A DNA stretch of 64,000 nt from Tubiluchus corallicola (Eukaryota > Animalia > Priapulida). The position numbers were made by a program, and so were the translations under genes. The notes beneath the pieces were generated by a model. That model saw only the letters and a list, made by a program, of their open reading frames with translations. It made no database searches and was not told where the DNA came from. Below, one piece after another: positions 1-13,600 of the stretch (position 1 is its first letter; each line of letters begins with the position of its first letter). The DNA lies in the NCBI GenBank assembly GCA_030141605.1, contig JAQGDQ010002371.1:763707-827706 (forward strand). Reading direction: 5' to 3'.

Positions 1-912
1 TAAACCAAGCAAAATGCTTTCAAATAGAGCATACACGGAAAATCAACAATTCACAGTTTCACAATGCATGTATAAATGACATGCTACCGAGAGCAGGAAA
101 CTTACTCAATGACAGAGTCTAATAATGGAGCTGATATTGGTTGGACCCTAACCTAGTTCATTGTCAAAAAAGATATTTCTCTGGGACAAAAGAGAGCACC
201 AGCTAAAGTGCTTAAACATATTTGGAAGGGTAGCTCCTGACCATCCCTCAATAAAAATGTGCAGCAACCATGCAAATTTTCCTACAAGCTGAGCACTTGC
301 ATCAACGCTTTAGTAAACTTGGCAATGCAGTCAATTTTTTGTACATTTATCATAAAAGCCCGCCATGTAACTTTCACAACCTTAGTTACAAAATAGCTAC
401 AACAACAGTAAATTTAATTTCAATGTAAATTCTGACAAATTTACTGAAAAAGCTTGCAGTGCTTGCTGTCAAAATATGGTATTTGTGATCTGACTTGAAA
501 TAAGAGTTTAACTCACAGAGTTAAATTTTTATTAAAGTAAAAGCGTTTTCTTCAGCTATGATCTACTCTTATTTATATGATATTTTAATTGCAAAGCTTT
601 TTCTTTGACCAAATATTAATTAAAATACCATAAGCACGTCTCATGAATTGAAAATTATATTTTTTTCTCATAAATTTTTGCACTCAATAGTAGATTAGTT
701 TGTTAACATGAAAACACAAACACCGATACACTGTTATTACCTGAATGTTGCACATTAGGAGCTGGGCAGACAATTATCAAATTTTTATTGATAAAAAATA
801 AATCTACCAAGCTACTGCCAACAGATAAATAAGTTCTTAAACTAACTCAGAAAATCAACAATCACAGCTACACAGTTCAACTGCTTAGATTTATACTCTT
901 GTTGATACTTAC

Positions 913-3900
913 CATAGACACCAAAGGAGATCCAAAAAAAATAACGCCCATCAAACAACAGGCTATTCCAAGCCTATTTAATGCTGTATAGTAATCATTC
1001 GCAACATACTTCGTATAGATGAGCAAGGGAAAAACAACACCCGCTGCAACTAACAGTTGTTTTTGCATAGCAACCTGCAAAAAAACTTTGGTGAGCCACA
1101 TTAATTAAAAAGTAAATACCGGGCCCTTTTTAAATGCCTTAACTAAAGCATAAAATGTTTCACAGCTGAAAATTTGTCGTCCAAACATTTAATATTTTTA
1201 CATAACATTTTTCAGGGAAATTGGTGATGCAGGTCATAAATGCATTCATGTTACAATGGATAAAACCTCTGAGATGGTACGGAATAAACGATACACCTGG
1301 CATGCAAAACCAGTACACAAAATTCATTGTCTTGGACAAGTGTATATATAAAGTACTTTGCAGCCACGCAAACCTGTTATAGGTAAACCATCTTGGCTAA
1401 ATGTTAGGTACAGTAAGTTCTCGCTTAACAACTCCCCAGTCAGCAGCATTTTGTTTTAAACATTTTGCCACCTTCTCTCATTTAATAATCAATTTTTCAG
1501 TTTCTCGGCCTTACCTTAAGCACTGAAATTTTATTTGTTAAGGTGCCTCTTTATAAAGAAGCCACTATTTACCCAAATCACTGTGAAGATATTGCTGCTG
1601 TATGGTTACCTAGATATGCCTCGTCTGATAACATTTGGCTATACTATGTGAAAGTGTGGTGTTAATTGCTCCATTCCAAAAAAACAATGTATTTATAATA
1701 TTTCTCAGCAAACTGCCATAGCTAGCATAAAATAGAAAAGAAAATTTTTAAATCCACAAAACTGGACATTATATGACCATTTGTTCAATTCTATCTCAGA
1801 TAACTCTAACCACAATTTACAAAAATGCAGACCAATCAAAATGAGCACATAAGTGTAACAATGAGTAGGACAGCCAGGAAAGCCATTAACAAAAAGTAGA
1901 ACAATAAAGACAGAGAAACTGTTACTATAATACAGTATTTAGATGACCATTTACAAAGTACAATGATGTGCAGGCAACTGAAAAACTTTTCGGAAACACC
2001 TCTGAGGTAAGTCCAACATGACTTCATCATCTATACTAATATTATTATTGATTGTTAATTTCGATTTGTTGTTCTATAAACTTTCAATACTGGAATATAC
2101 CTCTGGAGTATTTTAAGGTATTTCGCATTAAGACAATTTACTTTTAAAACACAGCATTTTCCTGCAATGCGTTAGTGTCCTGAATTGAGAATTTGCACAT
2201 CTATCCTTTCCTCTGTTTTCTTGTTTTTTGATCATGTGCAAGAGCAAACACTTGTCTGCTTACAAAATGTCATTATTAATTGTAAGCATCACAAATTTAA
2301 ACATTCTAAATTAATGTAACTGACTTACTTTAGCAGGACACATGTAGTAGTAAAATATAGTGTAACATCCTTGCAGAATGGTACCAATCAGATTCACTAA
2401 AATGATAGTCCAATCTTCTTTCATAATTCCATACTTGAGCCATAACACAGCACTGAAAAAGAAAAAATACATCACGTTATATACATATATTTATGGAGAC
2501 GGAGCCACATTGTTTGTACATGTGTATTTATGTGAGAGAAAGAAAAGAAAGCATTATATATGATTTTTTTCCCACTTACTCTATATTACCAGTGTTTTTT
2601 GAAAAAGGTTTTCAGGTAATGACACCATTTGTTTTGTTTATGCTTGTAACTGAATATTTGATTTACGCCATATTGGATGCATTTATTCTGAGAGATTTAA
2701 AGTAAAAACATATAAAAATTGTCTATTTGTTAAGATCCCAATGTTTCTGTGCGCACAACTACCCTAGTTAATAAAATAAATAAGATAACTTGAACTTTTG
2801 CTTAAAATTATTAAGGTTGCTAAATATTTACACGGCGTTTACTAAAGGAAATAATTTAGTTTACAGTGTACACCTAATTAGCAAACCTAATATACAGCTG
2901 TTTACAAATGAAAAGTTTACTTAGTTTAGTTTAGTCTTGTTTAGTTTGTTTTAGTTTATTATGTTTGCACTGTAACAGATGCGAAAATTTGCAGATGTAT
3001 AAATTTCGCTACAGTAGGCCAACTTAAATTGCTGCTGGGCTCTTTGCAGGAATGTGTCAGTTTTATTAAATTATGACAGTAGGCCTTCAGTTAATGAAAT
3101 CATAAAACCTTGAATAATGCTAGTATAGTTATGAGAGCCAGTGCAAGTTTAGTTCCAGAATGAAATGAAGTAGTTAATGAAAAGTACTGCCTATTTTTGT
3201 GCCTTATTACCCACCCAATATTGTGACAGCAGATGTTAGTATGCATATAGGTTCATGTATAGGTTGATAAATAAGGACAACAATATTATTAATAGCATAA
3301 TGCTTTACTTTCTCGTTAATTCTGTGAAATGAAGCAATAAATTTTTGTCGTCTCTGACTTACGACACGTTGCAAAAATACCACTTTACAAACAAGGCTTT
3401 AAAAGCCAATTTACATAGATTTAGCATGCACTTTTTTCTGCTTTTCAGTACTTTTGCTGAGACATGAATATAAAAAAGCAAATAGTGATTTCTTTGCCAA
3501 GAAGTTAACTATCAAAAAGCATTTATGCAAACTAAAAGTGAAAGTTTTCTGTTTAAAATAACTCTTAAAGAGGAAAATTTATCATTTTTACTATTTTAAG
3601 AAGAAATTACCTACAACTATTACTCTGAAATTACATTTTGCTACCATTCATTAATTACCAACTCAATAGCGCTATACAAAATGATACAATGTGCTTTCGA
3701 CTGCATAGCTGTGTCTCTAACAGTCTGTGTGCTGTGCAACATTGCCATTTAACTTCGCCTAACTCTATAATCAAATATCGTAGGAAGTTGGCCTTTCTTA
3801 CCAAAATGTGCTGAATTTTCAGCACAGTTTACTGATATACAGTACTTTGTTCAGTAAGAAGATCTACATGGAAAAATCGAGCATCCAGGTAGGCCAGTCC

Positions 3901-4506
3901 ACACAGAATAGGTACTAAACAGATTGGCAGCTTATTGCGATTGCACCAGCCCTCAACAGTTACACAATCAGAAAATTGCGTGGCTTGCTTGGAAAAACGG
4001 TTAATGCACAGTAAGATCATCTAATTACTTACTGAATGATTTAATTATTTTACCAAATTGATCAAAAGTATTGTTTCAGAACATATTCCTTGAACTTACC
4101 TGAAAAAAATAATGAGGCTGAGCCTTTATATCATAACTGGAAAAACTGGTACAACACAGTAACTAACACTGCATACATCATTCGCTGACTCAAAATGAAA
4201 ATACTAAACTTAACATATTTTACCTTGAAGTAGCCGTAATGAATGGAAGAGGAGATATATCACCAGTAGATCCAATTCTCCAGATCTTTTTACAAGTTGG
4301 TCTAAAAGCAAAAATAAAGGTTTGGTTGACTGCTTTGTTAGCTAACAGCAATAACATTTAATCAGCTACAAAGCATTGCGAAATCTACCTCATATAATAC
4401 TCTCGTAAATTTTCTTTTATCTAGTAGCTTACATTCCAGTCAGAGCTAGACAAACAGTCGTTATAGTTGCCAGAAAACCAACTGAGTCTGTCAGTGTGAG
4501 AGTCAT
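913..4506 (-). CDS. SLC50A1: SWEET1 (MtN3/saliva family) sugar transporter, 5' four coding exons; 3' exons not found in the window, presumably left of it
   Basis: Manually spliced exons 4506-4433, 4301-4224, 2452-2329, 1074-913, all GT-AG and phase-compatible. Translation: MTLTLTDSVGFLATITTVCLALTGIPTCKKIWRIGSTGDISPLPFITATSSAVLWLKYGIMKEDWTIILVNLIGTILQGCYTIFYYYMCPAKVAMQKQLLVAAGVVFPLLIYTKYVANDYYTALNRLGIACCLMGVIFFGSPLVSM. It carries MtN3 hallmarks (STGDISPLPF, LWLKYG, VNLIG, SPL). Confidence 0.93.
2920..2975 (-). mobile_element. Remnant LINE 3' end (AATAAAC followed by a degenerate (CTAAA)n tail)
   Basis: Plus strand ttagtttagtttagtcttgtttagtttgttttagtttatt; same tail type as the LINE ending at 43021. 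Confidence 0.35.
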
Positions 4507-5069
4507 TTCTCCTAGTCCTGTGACTGACAAATATATTCAGTTCTACATTGATTACCTGAAAATGCAAAAACAACTGTATATTAGAAAAGGAGACAGCTAG
4601 CAGAAGTGTTATTTCCTAGATAGATAAACAAATGCACAAAAACGAAAACGAGTTACTTCAAATATAGGTAAATCAGCTAAAACACTGATTACCTTCCTCG
4701 TAAATGCCAAAACAAATGATGTTTGTCCAAAGGTTCAATTTGTCAGGCAAACAGGTTCAGTGTTATGAAGCAAGCAAATTCGATTCAAACTATAACTCGA
4801 GGTCTTGCTGAACTCAAGTTCGTGGATAGAAAAAAAAATGACGTGAACGCCGCCCTTTTGAAATGAAGGCAAATCGAACTCTGTTAGTCTGTACAGGTTT
4901 CATTCCAATATATTCCTATAAAGTTTCATGATGATCCGTTGTGAATTATTGCAGGCTTAGGCTTTTCTCTAAAATGATGTTATTGCTGCCATCTAGAATT
5001 CAAATTGGCAATTCAAAAATACGACTCTGTCATTTGTTGTTGAATCCATTCTAGTATACACTCATATAT

Positions 5070-5122
5070 GCCAATGTACATTGCATGTATTTTCGCAAAT
5101 AAAACTGAAATGAATTGAAATT
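5070..5122 (+). mobile_element. Severely 5'-truncated copy of the 3' end of the LINE at 6259-8048
   Basis: gccaatgtacattgcatgtattttcgcaaataaaactgaaatgaattgaa closely matches 7992-8048 gccaatgtacattgtatgtatttgtgcaaataaaaccagattaaattgaattgaa. Confidence 0.65.
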
Positions 5123-5426
5123 TATAATTTACCCACTTTTACAAAGCTACCCAATTGGTCTTTCGCTACCCTTTCTCCTGCACCCCCCCCCCCTTAACTC
5201 TTTCCTTTATGCTTAATTTATCCTTTTTAATCAATAACTAAAAAAATAATACTATCAATTTGTATACAGGTGTAAATGAGGAGATAAATAAAAATGTCTA
5301 TGTCTACCAACTTTTTCATTCATTAAATAAATTGAAATAATAAGAGAACATCTGCTCACATAAATAATCACAAATTCATTAGTTAAGTAGCAAACATGTC
5401 TTTAACTAACTTTAATTGACATGTTA

Positions 5427-5780
5427 CAGGCTGTCGGGAGTGGAGTAGGATACAAGCCAAAGTAGGACAGTTGCCGTACATCTACGTAGGGCTAGCCTAA
5501 TTAGCATGCGTCGTATGTGGCTGCACAAGTAGAACACTAGAGACAGTCACTTATTGAGTCCTTAAACCATAGTGGCAACGTCCGTTGTCCTTGTTTATTT
5601 AATAATAATAATTGAAAATGTCAACACATCATACAATTCATTATACATCTGCTGAAATAAAAGAATCTTATTCTGAGCTAGTCTAACGAGCAATATTAAA
5701 TTTGTCTTTGGGATTAATCTTTTTGAAGTGAAAATAAGCCCGTTTTTAGGCGATTCCAACATTTTTTATTTTGTCTCACT
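5427..5780. mobile_element. Left part of a non-autonomous TIR element, homologous to 8510-8845
   Basis: Collinear shared blocks with the 8510 copy: ggagtagga..ca, aagtagga, cgtccgttgt, tttatttaataataataattgaaaa, ttctgagctagt, attaatctttttgaagtgaaa, cgattccaacatt. Confidence 0.6.
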
Positions 5781-6258
5781 ACGTGAACAATATATATGTT
5801 TTTGATGTTGCAAACTGGCACTTTTAATTGATGTCAGGCTGCTTGCCGATTTGGTGAAGACGATCAAGTGTATATCCACTGTATGATGCCAAACTGACGG
5901 AAACTAACTCAACAAGCCCAATTTTTAATAAAATGAAGAAACTTTCACAGAGTCTTTAAAAATTTGACAAAATACTTGTTGACATATCCATATCCAATGT
6001 TAAGGCTAGAAGTAGATTCATGGATCATCTGTAATGCCTGTTCTCTACTGGTATTAGTGTTGTATGGTACAAGAATTTTTTTCTGATTCCACTCATATTT
6101 TGTTTGAATTCATTTATTGATTTAGATGCTATAGTTTTGCTGCTTAGACCATTCCAACTGTTTACTACTCGGTTGCTAAAGTCAAAAGAGTGAAAGAAAT
6201 TGCTAGTGCTCTACATGGGATGCCCATGCACGACACTAGTTTTCCACAAATTTAGCGC

Positions 6259-8048
6259 ATGTGCTCTAACAGATCTAGAGAGGGCCTCCAAAAATGTATT
6301 GATGAACTTTCACAGTATGCCACACAAAACCACCTAAAAATCAACTACAAAAAAGCGAAAATAGTGGCATTTGGAAAAAGGCTGCCATTATATACCACCT
6401 TCCAGATGAAAGCAGAAACACTAAAGAATGAAAAACATATTAAATATCTCACCAATACAGGAATACACAACAAACATGTAGAAACAGTGAGAAACCACAG
6501 CATTGGAACTCTTTTTAAAGTAAAAGCTCTAATATTTAATAGTAATTTCCCATTGAGTTTACTAATTTTCTTATTTAAGACATTAATAGTCCCTTTTGCA
6601 ATATACGGTTGCGAAATTTTGACAAATGCTTACGTAGAAAAACTAAATAAAATTAACAGCAATGACACTGAGAAACTTCTACAAATATGGAATCAATTCC
6701 CATTCGACAATGTCCAAAATAAAGTTCACAAAATGGGTAATAGGAGTAAAGACAACAGCATGTAATATTGCCTACAAGGCTGAACTGGCTTTATATCCTC
6801 TCCTCATCGCAGCAGCAAAAAGATCATACAAATTTGGCTTGACTGCTGCCCACAAACCTAGAAAGGCTATATTTAACACCATCTTCCCGTCTCTGAATCA
6901 TACAGCTCTATTGTCGCCCACATGGCAACCTAACCCAAGCTATGCATCAGAATATGAGAATGAATCAATGACAATAGCACAGAATGTCAAAAAAACCTGA
7001 ACAAAATTCTAAAAACGGGATATGAAAATATATTTTTTAGCGAAATTCATAATGGTGATAGGAAAAAGGGAGGCAGTAACAAGCTCAGATTTTACAGGGG
7101 GTTAAAATACAAAATGGAGCCTTACCTAAACACTATTAGGGACAACAATCATAGACAAGCTATCACTAAACTCTGAGTGAGTGATCATGATTTAGAAATC
7201 GAACATGCTTGTTATACCAAAACACCTGAACAAGAACGAATATGCAATTATTGCACAACCTCCTGACCTAAAAAACATGAAATAGAAGATGAAATACACT
7301 TTATTTATGACTGCTCACTTTTTCTTGAAAATAAAACAAATTATGAAATTAAACTTCACAGTCTAAATTTTTCTCTAGATGTGGCTGTTTAACAGCAATG
7401 TTCAAAAGGATATAATTCCTTTTGGAGAATATATATTTAAAAACTTCTAAATAAGAAAAACAAAAAGCTAACACTGGCTACACCTTGTTGAACCTTCTCA
7501 ATGGAAACTCAACTACTCAAGAGTTGAGACTTTTTAATATCTAGTTATAATTTTGTATTGCATAATGTATAGCTGCTAATTGTTTTTAATAATGTTTTGT
7601 TTGTTTTTTGTAGGCTTCGCTCTTAGTACAGTTTCTTTGTTTTTCATAGGTTTTCTGGTTACAGTCGATACATCTATAACATCAATGCAAGAAACTTTTG
7701 GCAACAACTCCAGTTCCTAGGGAAGAAGAAATCAGCAGTTTGGCAGCAGACTCTAACCAAATTATTTTCAACTCTATGTTATTTTTTATAATCTTTCATT
7801 TAAAAAGCTGGTACAAATACCTACTATTTTTAAGTCATTTTTCTTTTTTCATTGCTAAATTATACAATTTTTATATAACTGTGACTTTAGTATCAGTATG
7901 CCGTATCCTAACATTTGTCTATGAAAAAAACTTTACACACAGCCTATTATGATTTCTTCGGTTTATGTAGTATTTAACGTGTATTGCTTTTGCCAATGTA
8001 CATTGTATGTATTTGTGCAAATAAAACCAGATTAAATTGAATTGAATT
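6259..8048 (+). mobile_element. Degenerate non-LTR retrotransposon (RTE-X/CR1-like), 3' part of ORF2 plus 3' UTR and tail
   Basis: Frameshifted ORFs: post-YADD RT segment (EGLQKCIDELSQYATQNHLKINYKKAKIVAF), YGCEI, KWVIGVKTTACNIAYKAELALYPL. Then ~7080-7320 KLRFY..MEPYL..AITKL*VSDHDLEIE..ERICNYC..IEDEIHFIYDC (C-terminal CCHC knuckle). Ends AATAAA..(TTGAA)n. Confidence 0.88.
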
Positions 8049-8509
8049 AGCGCTATTTGGCCTACTAGTGGCGTACTCCGCGCTCTGCATGGGCAACTCC
8101 ATAATTAACGCGATACGTTGCCCTAATCGGTTTGGTTTGACTATATACTACACCGAAGATCGTTGCCATTGCTAAACTTCAGTGAGCACATGGTTTCAGA
8201 TTTAATGGCGAAAAGGGACCGATTAGCCCTGATATTGTATTTCTAGTGCTTGTTGGACTAACTGGTAAGCTAGTGTTTGGTTGTTTTTTTCAGGGGTACG
8301 AGATTTCGTTTGGCGATTGCCTGTCCAATGACTACGGAGAGCGAAACTGTCAAATATTTTCGATACATAAACAATATGTGAAAATATTTTTTTTTAAATT
8401 GCATGACCTCCCTCTATCTGCGATGGTGCCACTATATACTTTCTCAGTTCTAATATCCGTCTCTGGATTATGGATAAAGTCTTAAATGTGATAATATTTT
8501 TTTAAATTG

Positions 8510-9271
8510 TATGTGTTGGGAGCGGAGTAGGACACTAACCGAAGTAGGAAAATTGGTGTACATGGGCTGCCCAAGTAGGACAATAGAGACAGGTCGCGAA
8601 TTGAGTCGTTAACCGTACCGGCAGCGTCCGTTGTATTTATTTATTTAATAATAATAATTGAAAACGTTAATACAAGTTGAATAATTTATTATACATCGGA
8701 CAAAATAAAATAATCTCGTTCTGAGCTAGTAGGTCGGCCAGTATTGAATTTCGCTTTGATATTAATCTTTTTGAAGTGAAATAAGCCCACTTCTTAGCCG
8801 ATTCCAACATTTGCTTAAGGTATATCATTTTTTATTTTGTCCTGCTTCACAGACAGGTGATCCAAGTACTTCACTACCTCTAGGACAAGTAATTTTTTTA
8901 TTACTACTTCACTACTAAATAAAAGTTTCATTTTTAAACTTGCAATAATTATTGTTGTAATAACTGTGTGCATAGTTTCTCTCTTTAAAGCATTAAATAC
9001 TTAGTTTAATGTTATGATGAGCTAATAATAATGATGATATTATTGTAAAAAAATACATTTGTAATTGTCAAGGATTATCCATATAGTCACTATTTTCTAT
9101 AAAGTCACTTTTTTCTAAAACAAATTTAGTTTTGTGTTTTATTATGTCATAATTCTCGATTCCCGACAGAAATGCCAGTGCCCTACTTGGCTGCCCTGTT
9201 TTTCCGCAAATTTAGCACATTTATCGGAAGTGTCCTACTTCGGCTAGTGGTGTACTCCATGCCCCACAGTA
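8510..9271. mobile_element. Non-autonomous TIR element (MITE-like), TA-flanked
   Basis: Left end gtgttgggagcggagtaggacactaaccgaagtagga is an imperfect inverted match to the right end tcctacttcggctagtggtgtactccatgccccacagta. A second partial copy lies at 5427. Confidence 0.55.
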
Positions 9272-9343
9272 TGCATTATCATTAAAATTAATTATAAATA
9301 TGATGTATGCATTATCATTAAAATTAATTATAAATATGATGTA
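9269..9343. repeat. Tandem duplication of ~37 bp
   Basis: gtatgcattatcattaaaat(t)taattataaatatgat, two copies. Confidence 0.8.
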
Positions 9344-10601
9344 TACAGGGCTGGGCCTAGGAGGTGTGGGCATTGCTGGAAATGATTTGGTGCACCCCAG
9401 GTTTGCAACTAAGGCCTGCAGAGTCGTAAAAATGTACTATTATAGGTTTTGTATTTCTAAGACAGAATGGAAAGTGCAAAATGCGCATTTAATAAAAAGT
9501 GCAGTGCATGTTAATGGACAAGCATCTACATTTTTATATAATGCCCGACAAGTAACAAACAAAATGTTTAGATCAAAACTGCATAGGTTGTGGACACCTT
9601 GTACTCGAGACTTGCATGGTCTGAATGTAGTAGCATACTTGGTATTTTGCCACTGAGATATGAATGTTTGTAAAGATGCAGTACATGTGATGAATTTCAT
9701 CACATGTTACAGTAAAAAAATCTATAGCTTTATAGATATTTAAAAGCCATTGCCATTACATATTATTTGTTTAAATATTTGTCTTAAATATACTAGCTAG
9801 CTGTTAAATAATCATAGCGACTTTTGCGGATCTGTATGTTCACATTCAATTGATAGCTTATGTTTCTGCACTGTCAGCAGCAAATAGGGAGCTGTCATTA
9901 ACCTGTAGGCAGATAACCCTAACTTTTTAAAGATAATTATCAGTATTTGCAAAATTTTGACATATATTAGTTTTCTTACTCAGTTCCAAACTATGTAACT
10001 TAGGAAAAGCTTGTTTATTTTTTTATTGCTTTATTAAATTTGAAGTCTCATTAATCTTTCTTGGAAATGTAGAATTTTAAAATGGCATGTGACCACTTGT
10101 CAAATTTGAAAGTCATATTCCAGGAGATACTAGAAGATAGTGGCTAAGAACCTGGGGAGCACTGCAAGCTTCCTTAGCACTTTTTTTAAATTTGAGGGTA
10201 TGTTGGAGACACAATTGGACACTTAGGCAATTGTAAGAAATTAGGAAAAACACATGCTTTTTGTGGTTACTTTTTCCAAGACAGCTGCAAAATATTAAGT
10301 TTACTTAAGTGAAGGCTTGTTGCCTACTTTAATATTTTTTGCCACTAACAAAATTCATTGTTATGGGGATGCACCATATCAGAGTTATTGTATGAAGCCT
10401 GATGAACTTTAATAATTGTTTGTATTATGCAGAATATCAAAAATATTGTACTTAATTGTTAAAAATTATGTTCATATTATTTTAGTTATTATGTTTATAC
10501 TTGCACTATGTGCACATTTATGAATTTTGTTTGCGTTCTTTGCAAGAATTTTATTTTGTTAGTTTGGGAATACTGTCACTTTTTGTTTGTTTCAGAAAAT
10601 C

Positions 10602-13600
10602 ATGGGGAAACATGGTATGAAAGCAAAAGCAAGGAAGCCAAAAAGACTGCACAGAAAAGGTGGGTATAATTACAGTAATTCATTCAGTTTCTTTAGTGCA
10701 GCATGATTATGGTTTAAACGAAAAACTTCTGATATGACTGTAAACTCATTAAAAAAAGAGAAGATTTAAGAGCTGTAACAGCCTTTAGGCATGGAAAGTT
10801 AATCATTTAGTCATCTGTCATCAGCTAGTCTAAGTCATTAGTCATTTTTATTTGATTTGTCAACCATTTCCAATACAATCCAAGTATAAAAAAGTATTTG
10901 TGGGAAAATGCAGTTTGTCTTGATTGATGATCTAGTCAGTACTGCATTGTAACATACCCCGACACATCGTCTCCCTTCATTACATTGCATTTCAATACAG
11001 TATACTGCATTTAACTGCACTACACTACTCTACAGTGACTACGCTACACCTCACTATGCTATTCTACGATAAACTGCAGTGCACTACACTACACTACACT
11101 ACATTCTTTATGAATATGGCTTAAATGTATATGGTTTTTCATGTGCTTTGGCACACTGTAAGCTGAAATCCAGGATTCAAAAAGTGAATCTACTCAACAA
11201 TGTGTTTATGGCATAACTAGAGCCTAGCTCGCTGTCAAAGATATCCTGTAAATTCTGAGTGACAAACCCAAACCAAGCTAATATCAACACACATTACTTT
11301 CATAAATGGCAAATGCCTGTCCACTCAACCACGAACCTGGTCATCTAATGTCATTTTGTATGCTACATAGGTTCACAGAGGCCTGATGAAGAAAGCAATG
11401 CAAGACAACACAAGAAAACAACCAAAAAGTCCAAACAGAAGTTTGGAGTGAATGCATTACTAGAAAAAGTTTGTACTGTTTTAATTTTGAAGTCTTTCTT
11501 AATTTGCAGCCATCCTGTTACTGGCCATCCATGCTTTTTATTCATTTTAATTTTATGCGTGTTTCTGTCAAACGTTTTGAGTGCCCCTGTACATTGTTAT
11601 AGTGGGCACCTTTACAGAAATGGTCAATTTTTTTAAGAGCGAAATGCATTTATTAGTCTTTCAACTGCTTGCAAAAAGGTACCATAGCTACACATTCTGG
11701 TGCAATAAACAAGTATTTGACTGCACAAATGCACGTGCGAGTTTAGCTATAAGCTGTAGATGACTGAAGCATAATGTCTCTAAGCCTGAATATACCTCTA
11801 CGGAGAAGAGTGGTCTCCAAAAAATATACGTTTTGATAAGAAGTGCTAGTTCACTGAGGTGCTTCTAGTAGCAAGTCAGTGAAGTCACTTAATTATTATT
11901 AGTTCAGTAAATCTCAGTTTTCTCCTAGAGCACGAGAACTAATTTTGTCTTTTCTCTTGGATGTAATGTATTAATAAAAGACGACCTTAAAAATACTTAG
12001 CAGCAAATTTCTATTTGGTAATTAGTTGGTAAAGTAGTAAATTTTGTTGCTTTACCTTTATCAATCCATATAGTTCATGTAAGTGTAAATAACATTGTTT
12101 ATTAGTTTCAATTTCTAAAATTCATTTTCAATTTATGGTTCAAACAAAATTTTGAGATGTCTTCTGATTATTTTATTTTAGGCACGTGAATGTCTCGACA
12201 GATTTGACATTGAAGTGGCACAGAAATTTTGTCATAGAGCTTTGGAAATAGAACCTGACAATTTAAAAGTATTGGAAACTACATCAAGCCTTCTTTTAGA
12301 AACTGGAGATGTGGATGCCGCATTACAGGTAAAAGTGCTGTAATTAGCAAGACTTAGATTTATAAATTCTACAGCTTTGATGGATTAGACATTGTTGCAT
12401 CAGAGATCACACATTTTGCTTTAATAAATAACTATAGTGTTGTAATACAGTGATCACTGTAGTGTATTCTCTTGCCAGACAAATTGCTTTTTGTGCTCAT
12501 AATTATTGAATGTGGCCTTCCAATTGTTAGTACACTCATTCTTATCGTGTATTGTGCATAAAACTAGTCTACTACGTGCAGATACTTGGAATATACTTCA
12601 CCAATTGTTTTTTAATACAGGTCTCCCAAATAAGGCACTGATTAGTAATGAGAGAGGTGTTTTGATTTTATTATAGCATGAATACGGACAAATGTTTTTT
12701 TTGTTTGCACACTGAATTGTCACCAAATGCCTTTGCAATTAATCACGACTTTTTCAGAAAGAAACAATCTTGCTTTACTTGCAGTTTTTGAATATGCTTC
12801 TACAATCAGTGAAAAACATTTTCTAAAAGTACATTTGTGCCATTTTTAACAATATCTTTAACTTGTAAACTAGCTGATTGTGCTGTTTCCTTTACATAAA
12901 ATTACCTTGTTCTTCTCATTAGTATTTAAATCGGGCAGTCAGTCTCTCACCCGATGAAGGCCATACAAAGTTTCTGTGTCTTGGGCAAGTTCTTAAAGGA
13001 CAGGAAGCTGTTAAGTGCTATCAAAAAGCCATTGATATCATGTTGTCTGAGAGGTCAGCTGATTCTGAAAATAAGGTATGGTACCTATTCTTAGCAGCAG
13101 TATTTGGGCACTCATCAGGCTAGTAACTTAGTAACTTAGCTTAGATCTGTGTCTTCAGAACTTCAGAATCAACTCTGTGTCTCTAGGTTGCAGTAAAGCA
13201 GACTACAGAGTTATTTTTTAGTTGCCCACTTGAGTAGTTATTATTTACTTTGATTACATGTCATTGTTGTACATGTGTCTTAATTTTGAAATTGTTTTGT
13301 TTCCTTTTGCTTTTATTTGATATAAATTGCATTAATTTTGTATTTTTAATAGTTGCCATATGATTTGTTTTCTCCACTCTTATTCTCATTTTTCTAACAG
13401 CAATGTCTGCCTGCCCTGTATTTTTTTAAGTAGAGATATGACCTTTGAAATTGTTATACGTTGTTATGACGTGATTTTCTTATAAAGGCAAATAAACATT
13501 TCTGATTTTTTACTCATAGACAATATTTCGCTCATAAGCCTCTTGCTAAATCATCTTGTGATTGTGATTGCCACTGCACTGAATCAAAAATGAGAAATCT

